From Styela clava (lineage: Eukaryota), in contig NC_135257.1 of the NCBI RefSeq assembly GCF_964204865.1, positions 7,192,001 through 7,256,000 of the forward strand: 64,000 nucleotides of DNA, in the 5' to 3' direction. This document shows, one piece after another, positions 27,701-42,700 of the stretch. Below the pieces are notes generated by a model. The model worked only from the letters and a program-made list of their open reading frames with translations. It did no database searches and was not told the DNA's origin. The position numbers and the translations under genes are program-made. The first letter of the stretch is position 1, and the number at the start of each line of letters is the position of its first letter.

Positions 27701-30700
27701 TGACTACAAATGGGTCTGAATATAACAAGAACGGCGACGCCGATTCGATCAAAAAACGTACGGAAGAGCTAGGACAAGCCAATGAAAAAGAAAAACTCGG
27801 ATTGCCCGTCACTACCGAACGAACTATACAGGCTACTTATTTAATACCAACGATGGCAACGCCTAACGCAGTTATACATTCAATGATCGCAGTACCTGCG
27901 ACAATGGACAGGCCGATTCCTACAATGTCGCCGATGTCACCGTCAGGATTACGAGGTAATTCAGATACCCCGAATACGGAGGGAAAGATGAATTCAACCA
28001 CGCATGTGCCTGATATTTTAGAAGTTGGTACAACTCCAGCAGCAAATCAAATCTCTCCTTCAAGCGGGAATACATCTAAAAGTAATGCATCCAAAAGTGA
28101 AGACAAATGGATAGAGGGCCTCTGTAGTTATCCAATTTATAACAATCGTGATGCCTGTATCGGTGACTTGGACTATTATACACAGCATTTGTCACTCTGT
28201 GAGTACAGGGGTGGCGTTGTGGTGTTTGCGATTTTCGTCGCATCACTTGGATTGACTATTATTCTTCTTAACTGCCTGTTACCTATTGTAGTATGGCAAA
28301 GATCTGACATGAGAACTCAGTATGATTATATAAAAGGTTAGTATCAGAAATAAATAACGCGAAGTGACTTTAATTTCGAAGACATGAATATAGCCTTACT
28401 TTGTGCAGCAATCGAGGGAATGACGAACGTAAAAATCTTGACGCCCTTTCAAACGCGAATTGAATACGAAGTGGATTGGATGAATTTTGCAAAAAATTGA
28501 GTCAACCTAATTATTCTAGCTTACGATTTCGGACAAATGATAAAATTGAAGTGTAATCCGAAAAAACACGCTAACATACTCGTAACAGGATTAGTACACA
28601 ACAACGAAGCATAAACGATACTTCCCATGAAATATATATATAAAATCTTATGTAATGACTTTTACAGTTTCTTTAGCATTTGCGGACATGATTCCTGGCT
28701 TTTTATTACTGACTGCCGTGATACCGAACATGGTTTGGGTCAGGCAACATAGCGAAAAACAAGTGGTAGAAATGCTGCATAATGATACAAACTCTCCTAC
28801 TGCAGTCATAGTTGGATCTTTGTTGACGATGTCGGGACAGGTAAAATGATTAATTTTGAAGAAATACTTTAAAAGTATATCAGAAATACACAAGTTTCAT
28901 TTAGATATGAAGAGTCAGTAGTATAAATTTGTATATTTTGATAAAAATATGTTTTAAATAATAAATGCATGTTCGGTTCAGATTATAGTAACCACTAACC
29001 CCAGAGTTACTATCTGCCATAGTTACCAGAATTGCCCTGAGAAGTTCAACACACCACTTTGGGTATGAATATAAACGTTCTGGAAGAAATAATCATTTAC
29101 TTAATAGGCCGCCAAGTTACATGACTTTATTAAATATGGATTTGGTAGGGAAAGGAAACCTTGCAAGTTGCAACTAATTTATTATTCATTATTCACTGAG
29201 GCAACAGCAATACAATAGCACCCTTGTTATTCCATAGCTATTTATTTACAGATTTAGATTCAATTATATCCAAATGTTCCTAATTAAATCCTAAAATCAA
29301 TTCAAATTTGATTACTACATTACCACGTCAAACGAAATATCAATTATTCGTCCATAACAGTCCAAAAACTGGTTTAAAGACGATTATATCAGCAAAAAAA
29401 CTTTCATTAAATAGTGGTTAAAGAGGGTCACAAGTCAAGATCTAAAATGAGCAATGAGCAAAGAGGTCAGAGTGAAGGTGAAGTTTAAGACCTCCAGTTG
29501 CGTTCTTGTAAAACTAAGGAACGTGAAACATAAATAGTTTACTGATTGATTACACAGAATGCAATACTTGATGCTGTGCTCGGAAGGTATGCTGAGGTGA
29601 ACGGTTAACCACCTCCGTCGCTATAGTATATTAAATCGTTCATATAGAGCCAATCATATATTCTGCGGTTTTTCTAAGCAAATCTGGTATGCAAAATTAA
29701 TTTAAACGCTCGCCATATGTAATATAGCTAACTATTATGTATATAATATAATGTTAACTCGTAATGATATCTACTTTTTATTTAAATGAGTACTATAATA
29801 AGGTTTCTATGGTGTGCTTTTCCGAGGGAAGAGGGACACTCATTTCACGGTACTTCGCACAAAACTCTGCGTTCGGTGGTATAATAGGAGATCAGTAAGT
29901 TCAAGATTTGCCCACAATACGATATTTAACACTGAAATATAGCCAAACGATGGCTTCTATATTTCATTGTCTGGGCATAATTGTCAAAAAAAAAAAATAT
30001 AGTCAATTGTAACGGAGTGACGCGAATTATAAAATGTGACAAATCATAGTAGACAATCAATTCAACGCTAATACACGAGAAAACCCTTTTATGTCTTGTG
30101 ATATAAAATCGTTCGTTCTTTTTCAGGCTTCTCTTCTACACCTCATGTTCTTGAGCATCGAGAGATTTATCGCCATCACGTGGCCATTTTGGCATTTACT
30201 GCGAAAAACTCGAACGATAATTGTGACTTTGAGTTTGTTATGGATAGCTTCATTTCTATGTGCATTTGTTCCAGGTGAAGTGTATTACATATTCGAAAAT
30301 TATTTGGAATGTATTAGGAATGGAATATTAGTGTCTGTAATGTCTGTTAACGAGACAAAATTTTGTCAATAAATGTACTCACTAAAATATATTATTTTAT
30401 CTATTTTCAGCCGAATTTCCGCAATACTTCGAATACATATTTCAACCATCTTTGTTAATTCACTACATGACGTTGAAAACAATAATTGGAACATCGGGAA
30501 AAGTAGAATACGGAATACATGGCCCTCTGTACACGTCGATTACCATGATTCTACCTTTTACAATTATGGTAAGGGTTCATTATGGAAACGAGCATAGTAG
30601 TGCGATAGAATGGGCAACATATATCAAACAATATTTACGACAGGGTTTCTCTAACAGAGCCCCGGTATTTTGAAAGGGCAGGGGCCGAAATGGGGCACAG

Positions 30701-33700
30701 ATAGATCATGGAGGTTTGAGAACCACTCTAGCATGGCCGAAATTGAATTTATAGAGATCTGGCTTTATTATTTATGGTATCCAAAAACTGACAATCTTTG
30801 AAATAATGAACTGGATAGTTATTCCAATGTCAGAATCGGCGACCAAACAAGAGGCGTTGGGCTTGTATGCTGTACCCTGATAAATAAGAAATACTAATAT
30901 GTTCTATCGCACAGTGTCAACTTTTGGAATAAAGGACCGGATAGTTTTTCTAATGCCGGAACGGCGACCGGGCGAGAGGCGTTGAGCTTGTACTGCTGTA
31001 CTGATAGATAAATAAATAAATAGGTAATACTAATATGTTCTATCGCGCAGTGTTTGATCATCTTTGAATTAATTACCCTGTGCTGTGTGTAAGCGTGGAT
31101 TTTGAGTTCTAAAACTATCTAAACCGATATTTCTTGTCATTTCAGTTGGTGGTATGCATTTTGACGGGTATTTCATCATACAGGAAATTGAAATCGAGAA
31201 CAAAAACATTTAGAGCCGGCGGAAAGTTTCACGCCGCTTCTGGCTCGGCTGTTGTCGACGGTAAACAGTCATCCACTGGCGTGGATGCAGAACCCCGACT
31301 TAAACCAACGACAAGCTTACGACAAAAATTGCGGCCCGAAGTGTCAGTATTCATTACTATTGTGACAATGATTATTGGATTCACAGTAACCATACGTAGG
31401 TTTATTTTTTAAAACAAATTATATGAGTGCCTTGTCCAATACTCTCTCTTGATATGCTAGAGCAGCTATACAGTGCCTTTGGAATGTTGATCGTTGAATT
31501 GAAAGGAATCATCACACAAATTCCTTTTATGTGATGGTATCAAATCAACTCGTATGTGTGGCATTAGTGGATAATCCTGACAGACAACATCATTTGGGAA
31601 TTCTGTTGTACTAAGCCACGGAACTTGATGAAAGCAATGTTTTCTTGAAAATACAGACAAATTATCAGGAGCATACTGGTTCTTTTAATTAGTCTTTTGG
31701 CGACCATCGACTACTTTTATGGATGATTACTTTTCAGTTGATTCGAATTAAGACCACAGATTCCCCGAGTCAACGCGATCACAAACAAAACAACACCTTA
31801 TACAAAAAATCCTAATTAAATTATATGCATTTTTAGTTCCCTTTGGGATCGTTTTGATCCTATTTGTAGCGAAGACGTTGACGTGTTCAACATACACTAC
31901 TTCATTCGTTCTTACATTCTACGGCGGCCTAGCTAACGGGTAAGTAATCTAGATTTGTATTCTATTAATCAAACTAAATCAACAGCGAAGTACATGCATA
32001 AATGAATATACCAATATAAATATGCGCTCCAGAAGTGTACGTACCAATATGGAGGGAACTGATTTTGTTCGACTACTCTACATCAAGTTGTGTAAAGCGA
32101 CGGAAGACTATGAGCAGGTGGTATATTTACTGGGCTGACACAGAACTCGTAATAGAACCAAAATAGGGAAAATCGGAATAAAATTATGGCCTTACCCTAA
32201 CCTGGTACACATACTACAGGAGTATAAATATTCATTCATTATCCTTTCAGCCTCATCAATCCGATAATTTACAGTTTTCGAGACGAAAGATTCAGAACAG
32301 CAGTTAAGAAGCTATTTAGCAAAAGATCAGAAAATAAGCCTATGGCGACCACGACTACCAACGCATCAAGTGGAAGTTGTAATTCTAAATTATGATAGTG
32401 CGGAATCTTATACAAGTTACAACCATTAAACGCAAAAAATTCATCACGTAAAGAAATGAAAAATCAAAGACCAAAATATTGAACATATTTGCTTGATATT
32501 TTTACTGAACGATGTTGCCTGAGCTCCGTAAAAGAAATGACACGCAGAAGTAGATTTGGGAGCTGCTGGTTTTAGTAACTCCGTATGAGGCGCAGAGTTT
32601 GGGCTAAGCAATAATCTTTTCGGAGTTGGAACCAGAGGACTTCAGACTCAGATGACCAAAAACGCTCCCCATGGATTTAGCTTGTAGGAAAATGCTACCG
32701 AATCATACATTTAACTTAGGTTTCCAGTGTTGAATAGAAAGTATACTTTTGAAAATGAGATATCAATAATAATCAAATGCCAATTAATGTGGTGACGACT
32801 GACGTGGTGTTCAGGGACTCGTTTTACTATAAAAGCAATTCTGATATTGATATACAATCAGAATACTGACAGTGTGTACCCTTTGAATTGCATATAATGT
32901 TGTTTTTATCGTGAAAATGGTATATTTCGTATTATGTGGTGAGGATAAATTTTGATGAATAAACCTCAATTTATTAAGTAAACAATAGCGTTTTTGGGTT
33001 TTTATTAACATACCCGGTGTACGTCATTCGTACAGGATTTGAGTATAATAGATACACTTAATGGCTGACACAAATCCTACAAATGAAAATACAACAGAAA
33101 GGTTTTTGGAATAGGGGTCAGAAAAGTAAAAATTACGAGTATATTAATTCTACGCTTTCAAGTGTTTAGTAAACAGATTACAAGTCAAAAAACGATCCGA
33201 TTATTCAGGCAGCGTTTGGGCTTGAAGTAAGGCATGAAGATTGGGGTTCTGACTGCGTTTACGGTACAAATGACATCATCTTCATGAGTGGTTCTCAAAC
33301 GGTGGGGCGCCCCCCACAAAAGGGGCGTAGACAATTTTTGAGGGAGCGTGGAGCTAATTGAAATGAAAATATTTATTAGATTTGATCTTGTACGCCTTAT
33401 TTCGGCGAATTCAAAATGGGAATTCCGCATCCTTCCCAAATCTTGATGAGGCATTCGGCAACATGCCTAAGACATTTATTTCAATATTTACGTTCCATCC
33501 ACGTATTTTCTGCGTGTTTTTGGATAATACATACTTTCGGCTCACTATTCGTTATTTGTAGCTTACTGTCAGCTAGTTATGTTTGAGTTGGGGCGCGAGA
33601 CTTGATAAATTCTGGCGGCTAAAGGGGCGGATTAAAAAGTTTGAGAACCACTATCTACGTGATATCATATTCTGGGTTTTCACAATAAAATACTGAGTGG

Positions 33701-36700
33701 TAGTATATTATGTACTGAGTTGGTGGTATCCGATACAGCCTGATCGAGGGAAGCCCAAATTATCCGCTTGTCGTCAGATTGGCCTTTGCTTATATTGCCA
33801 CTTAGCTTGACGATAAAAAAGGTGATCTATTTTGATCAACATCAGTCCGTATTCACCCTCCAAAGTTATTTGTGAATTGTGAGCGTAGCAGTATCTAATC
33901 ATTATTTTGTTTGAACGAAAACGAGTAATATGGCCGTTATAGCAAAAACTGGGAAAACAAGTGTCAACGAGCTCAATTTAAAAAAATTATATGTGGTGGC
34001 TCTATTTCACCGCAACGTGAATAATGCACAATCTTGCAGAATTGATCAATGAGTCCCACGTTTTTCAGTTTTCCTCATATAAACTGCTTTAAATTGTCCC
34101 AATCATTTGTCTACGATAAAGAATCGAGAATCGAGATGATCATACATGTTGCCTTTACTTTTAAGCACAACACATTCAAAAAATAACTATGGCGATGCGC
34201 TAAAGCTGTAAAACTGTTACGGCAATACCTTTGAAAATCAGTCATACCGACCCATATTTGTAAATGTATTGTCGCGAGAGAAAAGATGGCGAACGTGACA
34301 CGAGATAACTGAAGTAATTTAAGTCCATAGTTGAAGGAAAGCATCGAGGTGGGAGATTTTGATCGCCAGGACCCAGTTTAAACCACTATTAAATCCGATA
34401 AGGGTTGGGAGTACGAGTAGTCCCAATGTGGCACTATAAGTATTATTGCAATATCTATTTATGCACACAATCACACATTATGAAAAGTTCAAAATGAGTA
34501 AAACCGAGTTGCGCGTATACCTAGCTAAGGATTCTTAAAATGTTAAACAAATAACGAACATAGGATTTTCTGCATAGTGATTCAAATCATGCAAAGGTAG
34601 GAATATACAGGGTTAATGGGTTGGGAACCACTGCTCTAAATGCTCTATCATTGAGCTGTCTAATCAAGAAATCGACAATGTACTTCAGGCGGAAACTCAA
34701 TGTCTGAGTGTTTATTAATACGGACCGAATATTAGACCAATCAGAATGTAGTAATTACGGTAGTTATAAATTCATCAATTTCAACCGGAAACACCAAAGT
34801 GACCGACGCGTTGGAGTATGCTGTGCGAAACGCAAATCGGCAGACCATTTAAGAAAACGACGTGCCAAACAGCACGTTATAAATGTACAGCACGTTACAG
34901 ATGTCAATGCAGACGTGCTGTTTCATTAAAGCAATCAAACGTGTTGATAGAATAAATGTTGATCGTGGCGTTCATACCTGACAGTTCAGTTAGAATGAAG
35001 CATTGCAGCAGACAGGGGTTTACGTAAGCAGTCAATAATACCGGGTTTAGTGGGGCTTTATATTTTTAGTTGAACAGACCAAGCAGAGTTTTGCCCTGAG
35101 CCAAGCTTTATATTTTTAGTTGAACAGACCAAGCAGAGTTTTGCCCTGAGCCAAGAAGTTCAAGATGGCCCGACTTCTGACCAGAAGCCAGGGCGACCCG
35201 TCTAACTCCAACGAAGCCAGCGGGGTGATCGATGAAAGGTTATGGTCAATCAATATCTGTTGCAAAATTTCACTCCAATGTAATGCAATATGCAAAGTTT
35301 GAGAGTTTGCATCGTGTTCAGGATGCATATTCGCCGTCTAGGAAAAATAAGACGGCACGGCAAATCAAGGACCAACACATGAAATTTATTTAATTGGTTT
35401 AAACTTTACACAGATATTTCAAAATATATGTGATATACAAGTGATATTTCAAAAGTCACGCCCAAACAAAAATATGATCTGTTTTCAGCTCTGTTAAATA
35501 GCCCGAGTCAAACTTATAACTCAAAGACATTTAACACGAATTGGAGAGTCATCGGTACTGTGGGTAGCGCGTAAGATACGGTAATAATGCCAACGGAAAC
35601 ACGACATGTTAATATTTGTAATTTGGATTTGAAATGTTTCGTCTGTGTTGATGACGAATCTAACACTTTCAGGCGATTGTATAAAGCAGAAGTGGCCAAC
35701 CTGGTTTCGACCGCGATCGACTAAAATCTTCAAAATAGCTCGCGATCGACTGATCTGTAATAAGGTAATACACTAAAACGAATGAGTATTGAATATGCAG
35801 ATAACTAACTACACACATGCATAGAAAAATTCCACGGCTGCCAATAAGCACGGCTGCCAATAAGCTCGGCTCTGTGGGCGCATTCTTACTGAAATCGACA
35901 AAAAAATTTGTATTTTCATGTTCCATTCAATTTTTTGATTTGATTGATTATGTACTTGTTTATTTGTACCCGAAGAATTCCTCAAAAAACTTGCGTAATC
36001 ACAAGTAATCACGTATTATTTAAACAACAAAAAATGAATATTCTCAAACCATAAATGTTACATGACTAATAAAACAGTATCTAATTTACAATTTTCTCCA
36101 AGTCCGATTCTTCGCTCGCTTGGAATTAGAAAAAAATTGGGCGGGCATTCTGATGTCACTGCTACCGTTACGAATAAAATTTATCACACTACTCTTGGAA
36201 GTGGGACAATAACTTTTGCATATTGCAGAAATTATTGTAGGATGGTCTGTCAGGCAATCAAGACACGTGATATTCGGCACGTTCATTACTAAATTTTGGC
36301 AGCGGAGAAACCCGCATTTGTCACGTGATAGTATGCTCTATCGGACTTTCCCACCCTCAAATAGTGTATATACATTATACAGTACTGTATTCTTCCTGTT
36401 TTAATACACACAACAGGCGCTGCATGAAACTGGTTCAGGCCATTTTTTTGGAGTATGTTTTTAAATTCACTCAACATAAGACGTGATCGACTACTCGAGA
36501 TGTGGCGATCGATCAGTCGATCACGATCGACGTGCTGCCCATCCCTGGTATAAAGTAATGTAGATATTAACATACACTTTATCGTAATCCAATACAAAAG
36601 CGTTTAAATAAGACATCACTCGGAACGAGGCTTTGCACAATAATCTACTGATATGCTACTATTTATGGAATAAACGGTTTGGCATTGCCCGAACCACAGT

Positions 36701-39700
36701 TTTGCTGGTCCCGTGGTCAGATTATATCAATGCATGACTGGACTACAACATTTCCATATAAATAATCTATGACCACCAAGTTATCTATAGATGATACTTC
36801 CACGAAGCTTGAAAATAAAAAGAAGTGACGTCAGCAGTCAGTATTTTCAAGAATATTTTTTCTATATGTCAGAGATGCGGTGTCATTTGGTGATGAACGA
36901 TCGACAAAAATAGACGCTTTATTAGTCGATTTGTATGAAATAATAGGGGCGATGTGGTTGAAATTGAAGTCCATTAGATAGCCTTGGGCGCAGAAGTGAG
37001 AGACTCTTAACTTACAACACTTAGCATTTCAGATCAGCCTAAAATTGGCTTGACGTGATATTTTAGCTTGTAGGCAAATTATTCAGGATAGACGTTAATT
37101 ATAACGTTCGACTCGAACAGATAATAGGACGCAGAACTATAATCTAAATTTCAGTAGATTGTTTTGAAAAGAAAAATATTGAGTACTGAAGAGTTTAGCG
37201 TAAAACTAGTGAAGTTGGTTTTCTAACAGCATGGACCTGATAAATTTAATGATTGAATAATTTGTGATCGATGTATACTATCTTTCTATGACACAATGAT
37301 AAAATGCGCTAATAACGTGACAGAAGTTAATTAATAAAGCTAAGTTTCAAGTAACGAACAGTACCACATAGGAGACGGTGTGACGGATTAGTATATTTGG
37401 TACAGAAATAGGTTTATGTATTTATTCCGTTGATGTTGAATTCAATTCGTGGTCAGATTAAATTTTGTTTTTCATTTTTAATATCAATATAGATTTATTC
37501 GCGAAACAAGCTCCCAAAAAAATTAACATTCAAACCCATCTGTATAGAAGAAACGAGCACTACCGCAAGTGCACGTGCAAGTGCAATTAATATATAATAA
37601 GCAGAAAATTTTACAAGGTTTTCCGGAAATGAGGTGGTAACTACAGGAGAATAATACAAGGCGACGCGTTGATTAGGTTAATAATAGCAAGAATTTGTTT
37701 TCATTCGATAATTGTGTCGTTTGTCCTCGATGGAGTGCGAAATTACTGTACTACATGTGTCAATCCAAAACTGAACACATAAGTGTATTGGTAGATATAT
37801 TAAAGAAATATTGGGAGAGCATTTCATAATAAGACATAAAGATAGACCGGTGACAGACTGGATTTGTCATGTCTACGAACTTATTTAATTAAAGTCATGT
37901 CTACGGACTTATTTAATTAAATTAACTTACTTATTGCCTACAATAAATGAGTTTTAATAGCTAATCGAATAAATTACAATACGAATAACATTTTAAAAAA
38001 TATCGAGTATATTTTAAATTAGTTCATGTCCAGCAAAGAAAATTGTCAGAAATTGTTGCATCCAGTAATGAAAATAACTTTACATAGCATAGCATTCTGT
38101 CACTGATAGTATATTGTTAGTTATAGTGTTAAAGTATATATAATACAGAAGTTGGGATGAAGATTTTTTTCTTATTCTCTATTTTTACAATACAAGTTTA
38201 CAATTGCAAGTTGAAGGAAGTCTATTTTCGTCTGACCATGCGATGTCAAGTGCTCAAAATGAAGAAATTTTGAGATGAAAATATTCTTCATAGTTCAAAA
38301 ACCAAGAATTTGCTGTACCGAATATAATTGATTCTAATATTGATTCGTTATGGGCATCCCTGCATACTCTTATATAACATTCAAAACATGTTGCCTATAG
38401 GAAATTCGGTAATTATCGCTTTGCGCAACATTCATCCCACGCATGCAAGTTATTTGTCGTGTTATCGGCGCTGAGCTGTTAGGCCAACACAGAGTCATGC
38501 GGGAAGGATTAACAACTTAATTAAAGTATTTTTTCTGAATTAAGATTTAATTAGCAATCTAGAGTTTATCTCTTTTCGAATCCTGGCGTAAACTGAGCCT
38601 GAATACAGTTTAATGGTTATGCTCTTATTTCGATTAGTTTTCCTGGTTGTGGTATGTGGAAGTAATGTTACAATTGGAGTGAAAAACACCGAAGGTGATT
38701 TACTTGCGGAAGACAATTTCGGCTTTATAGACAATGTCAACCCTGACAACAATGGACATGTATTGGACAATACCGTGAATGGGATTGTAAATTCGCCAAT
38801 GATTTTAGATGACAACATTGTGGAAGACACGGAAGAGAGTTCTTCAAATGATCTGCTTACACTCGACATGGTGGAGCAAAGCGCGGTTACTTCAAATATC
38901 ATGCTGCAACCGAGCACACCAAATCCAACTATGTATGGGTATGGTATAAATCCATTTTACAGTGAGGTACTAGATTTAACATTGGCACCAGAAATCGATG
39001 TCGTACTTCCCGATAGCTTTGCCATGACAAATGAGGATCACCCGAGCAAGCTGAGGATGGGAAATGAGGTGCAAATAGACCTGAAACAGGCATTGCCGAT
39101 TTTCAATGAAACGACGCAAAAACCAGAAACAACAACAAAAAAAGACAACTCTCGCGTACTGGGCCTCCGACCGTTTCACGGAATTGCGATACCACCCGGT
39201 GTCCCTATTCCACCCGGTGTCCCTATTCCACCCGGTGTCCCTATTCCACCCGGTGTCCCTATTCCGCCCGGTGTTCCTATTCCACCCGGTGTCCCTATTC
39301 CACCCGGTGTCCCTATTCCACCCGGTGTCCCTATTCCACCCGGTGTCCCTATTCCACCAGATGTGCCAGACCATTCAAGCACCTCAACAACGACAAAATC
39401 AACAACGACCACGGTAACTAGCACGAATTCCAGATCAATCGCACCGCATCCACCAATACCGAGACTGCTACAACCGAAAAAACCAACAGAACGTGCAAAA
39501 CCTAAAACTTCAACAACCTTAAAACCGACGACTATAAAAAGCAAACCATCCATACCTACGAAAATAACGCCAACAAAATCGACAATTCAAGCTGGCACGC
39601 CAATGGATTTTCAAAGAGGGATGATACCAGTAGTAGATGTAGACTCTGGGCCGACAACTTCATCACAAAAAATCGAGCATACAACATCAAACATTACGAC

Positions 39701-42700
39701 ATTCGAAGCCGATAACTCAAAAACCATAGTGATTGAACTAAACCCAATAGCAGGACGAGATATATTTCATAACACAAGTCTTATCGAGAAATTTAATAAC
39801 AGTGATAATTCGGATACGCGTGATCAAGTTACTGTAGTTTATCGGATGTGTGGATACCCTTCTATATGCGATCAAGAAACTTGCATATCACTTGACATAA
39901 GTAGTGATACCTTGGAAGAGTGTGAAATACGGGGAGCGAAAGCAGGATTCGTTTTTGTCGTAATCATTTTATCACTAGCGATTATAGTAGGGAACAGTTT
40001 GCTACCGTTGGTACTGTGGAGAAATCGAGAATTGAGAAGTCATCACAATTTAATGAAAGGTGTGTAATAATGCTGTTTTGAGGGAGAAAGACTTGGAAAT
40101 ACTTATTAATAACCTGGAAATAACGACAACAATGTGCAGAAATAACGTTAATTGTATCACGCAAATTAACATGCATACACATCACGATTCCAGATAAATT
40201 TATCATTCATTATACCTAAAATGAAGTCGTGATAAAACATGTACAAGTAATAGATCATTTGTGTGGGGAAATACGTCAACAAGCATTATGATGTTGCGTT
40301 TTTTTAATTAACCAAAGGCTTTGATTAAAAATAATCGAATCGCGATAACATATTGCATATAAATAAATATGCAAATTACCAGTGACGGGAATATCACCAA
40401 CATAGCCATATTGAAAATATTTGGGTATATCTCTAAATTAGGAATAATAGAATCGAGACAATAAATTTGACTTTTCTTGGCTATAAAACGCCAACAACAC
40501 AGTTTTTTTACGATTTCAGTTATGTCGGGTAGATTGGCTTGGAAAGACCCCAAAATAAGCAAACAGATATGGAAGTGTCCCAAACTGTTAGTATTAGAGT
40601 TATGTTGGAGATTGTCTCGCAAAACGACCGATGAACGAAATATAAAACTTTAATGACGTATAAGTAATATTTTAAAATTCGCTTTGGCGAGAAAGCCGAT
40701 TGAAGTAAATATGATACCGGACATTTTTAATCGGAATTTCATTACAATTCAGTTTCACTTGGATTTGCTGACATGATAACTGGTTTGATTCTCCTGTTCT
40801 CCGTTATTCCCAATGTTATCCGTACGATGCAAAGCACCGAACAACAGTTAGCTGAAGAGGATAGAGATATGACGAATTCAGCCCAAGCTATAATAGCCGG
40901 TTCAATGCTAACTTTATCAGCACAGGTTCGAAAATGATTTATAACTAGAAATAAACTACGAAACGTTGGCCTAATTGAAAGTATGAATCTAATAACCAAT
41001 AAAAAAAAAACGTTTTCTGACATTTGAAATGATAAGACTTTTCGATTTCAAAACATCATTAATTTCAAAAATAACAATTTGCTTTGCAAATATGGTTTAC
41101 CCAAAACCATACTTTTGGATCATTCTAAAAGTCATAGTATGTTTAATTCTCTTATTTTTTTGAGTGATTTTTCATATAAAAATATACCATGTTCTTGCGA
41201 GATTTTCATTGAGACAAATACAGATTACTGCGAGAATTTTTGCAAACAGTCAAAAACGAGTATTGATGAACCATTGTCAAAGGCAGCTACTCGCGAGTCG
41301 CGACCGGGTCGTAATAAGAGTCGATTTATGCATTATTGTCTCGCATTAGAAACATTTGTAACACTACTCGATTCCGATCAATTTCATGTTTACTTTTCAC
41401 AGGCTTCATTGTTTCACTTGACATATCTCAGCGCTGAGCGTTTTGTTGCAATTAAATGGCCTTTGTGGCACCGAGTGAGAGGACCAAAGTCTCTTTCATC
41501 GCAAATTTTGTCGGTGTGGGCAGTTTCTATCATAGTGTCTTTTCTACCAGGTAAGAGATGAAACCAAATATATATTTACATAACACAGTCGCTGTAGAAA
41601 TTAAATAAGGCATGGTGGATCAAACGTTGTAATACGATCAATAACGAATATTCTCCAGCGGTATATTCGGTATAGTGCGTTCGAAATTTCCGTAATATTT
41701 GTCATAAATCTTGAATATTTCGATTCAACTAGTATACGTCTCATTATACCTGTGAACTGTGATGATGACTTCGCAGAAAATTATTTTCGAGTTTTTACAT
41801 CAAATACGATATGACTACTTTTAATATGATGACGTATACTATCTGAATATAGAACGCTGTAATTTGCCTAAAATAATAATTAATTATTAAATAATTTCGT
41901 CTTTGATGATGGGTATATTCCCGGAAGTGTTTTCGACACAAAGTTTCGATTTTAAACAACCGTAAAATCTATTTTGTGAAAGATGACATGAAAGCGAACT
42001 TATAAGTGCGTCAAAATTACGTTTTAACTTTGATTGTTTTGCGTCACAATATAGGTAGACTCAGACCGCCAGATCAATGAATTACATAAGTAACTTTCAT
42101 ACATTACAGCTGCTTTCAAGTATCAATTCTCGTTTCGATATTTGCCTGTATTATTCGTCTACATAATGACAGCAAATGGATCCGAAACCAATGCGGAAGG
42201 AACGGCCTATATTGTGATAACCATGGTGATACCATATATAGCCACGGTAAGATGATAATTTAAGCCATATATACCGGTATTTCGATTTAAAATCTTAATC
42301 TTAAAAAGTTAATTTTTTGTGTTAAAATACGCAAAACCTAATAAAATGATGTGTTCTAACTATCCAGATAGGAATTACATTAGCCTCAAATCATTCTGAT
42401 GGATTTCAAAAAGGGCAGGTTGTTGTTGTTTACTTTCGAAACGCTTATGCTTCGATTATTTTAAATTATTTATGGCATTTAAATGATGTGTTATTATATA
42501 AACTTGCAATAAAAAACAAATTAAACCCCGCGTCACCAAAAGCAATATAGAGAAACCAGGGCATGAATATTACCTCCGCCATCAGGACATTAATAACTGT
42601 ATAGTATAAACTTTTCACGTGAAGACTTTCACATGCTAAAGCGATTAATATATTACCTATTCGTTACCAGATAACATTTACGGCACTAACCGGGGTAGTA

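Noticed and set aside
25252-36547. Composite hAT transposon that carried GPCR-A into the intron
   Set aside because: Each hAT copy has its own different TSD, and GPCR-B lies outside the pair.
39192-39368. Possible CRISPR-like array
   Set aside because: Head-to-tail repeats with no unique spacers, in a eukaryotic exon, with no cas genes.
38976-39553. Alternative-frame and antisense ORFs with (WNRDTG)n, (HPVSLF)n and (GGIGTP)n repeats
   Set aside because: Shadows of the 18-bp coding repeat; only the PPGVPI frame continues into signal peptide and TM1.
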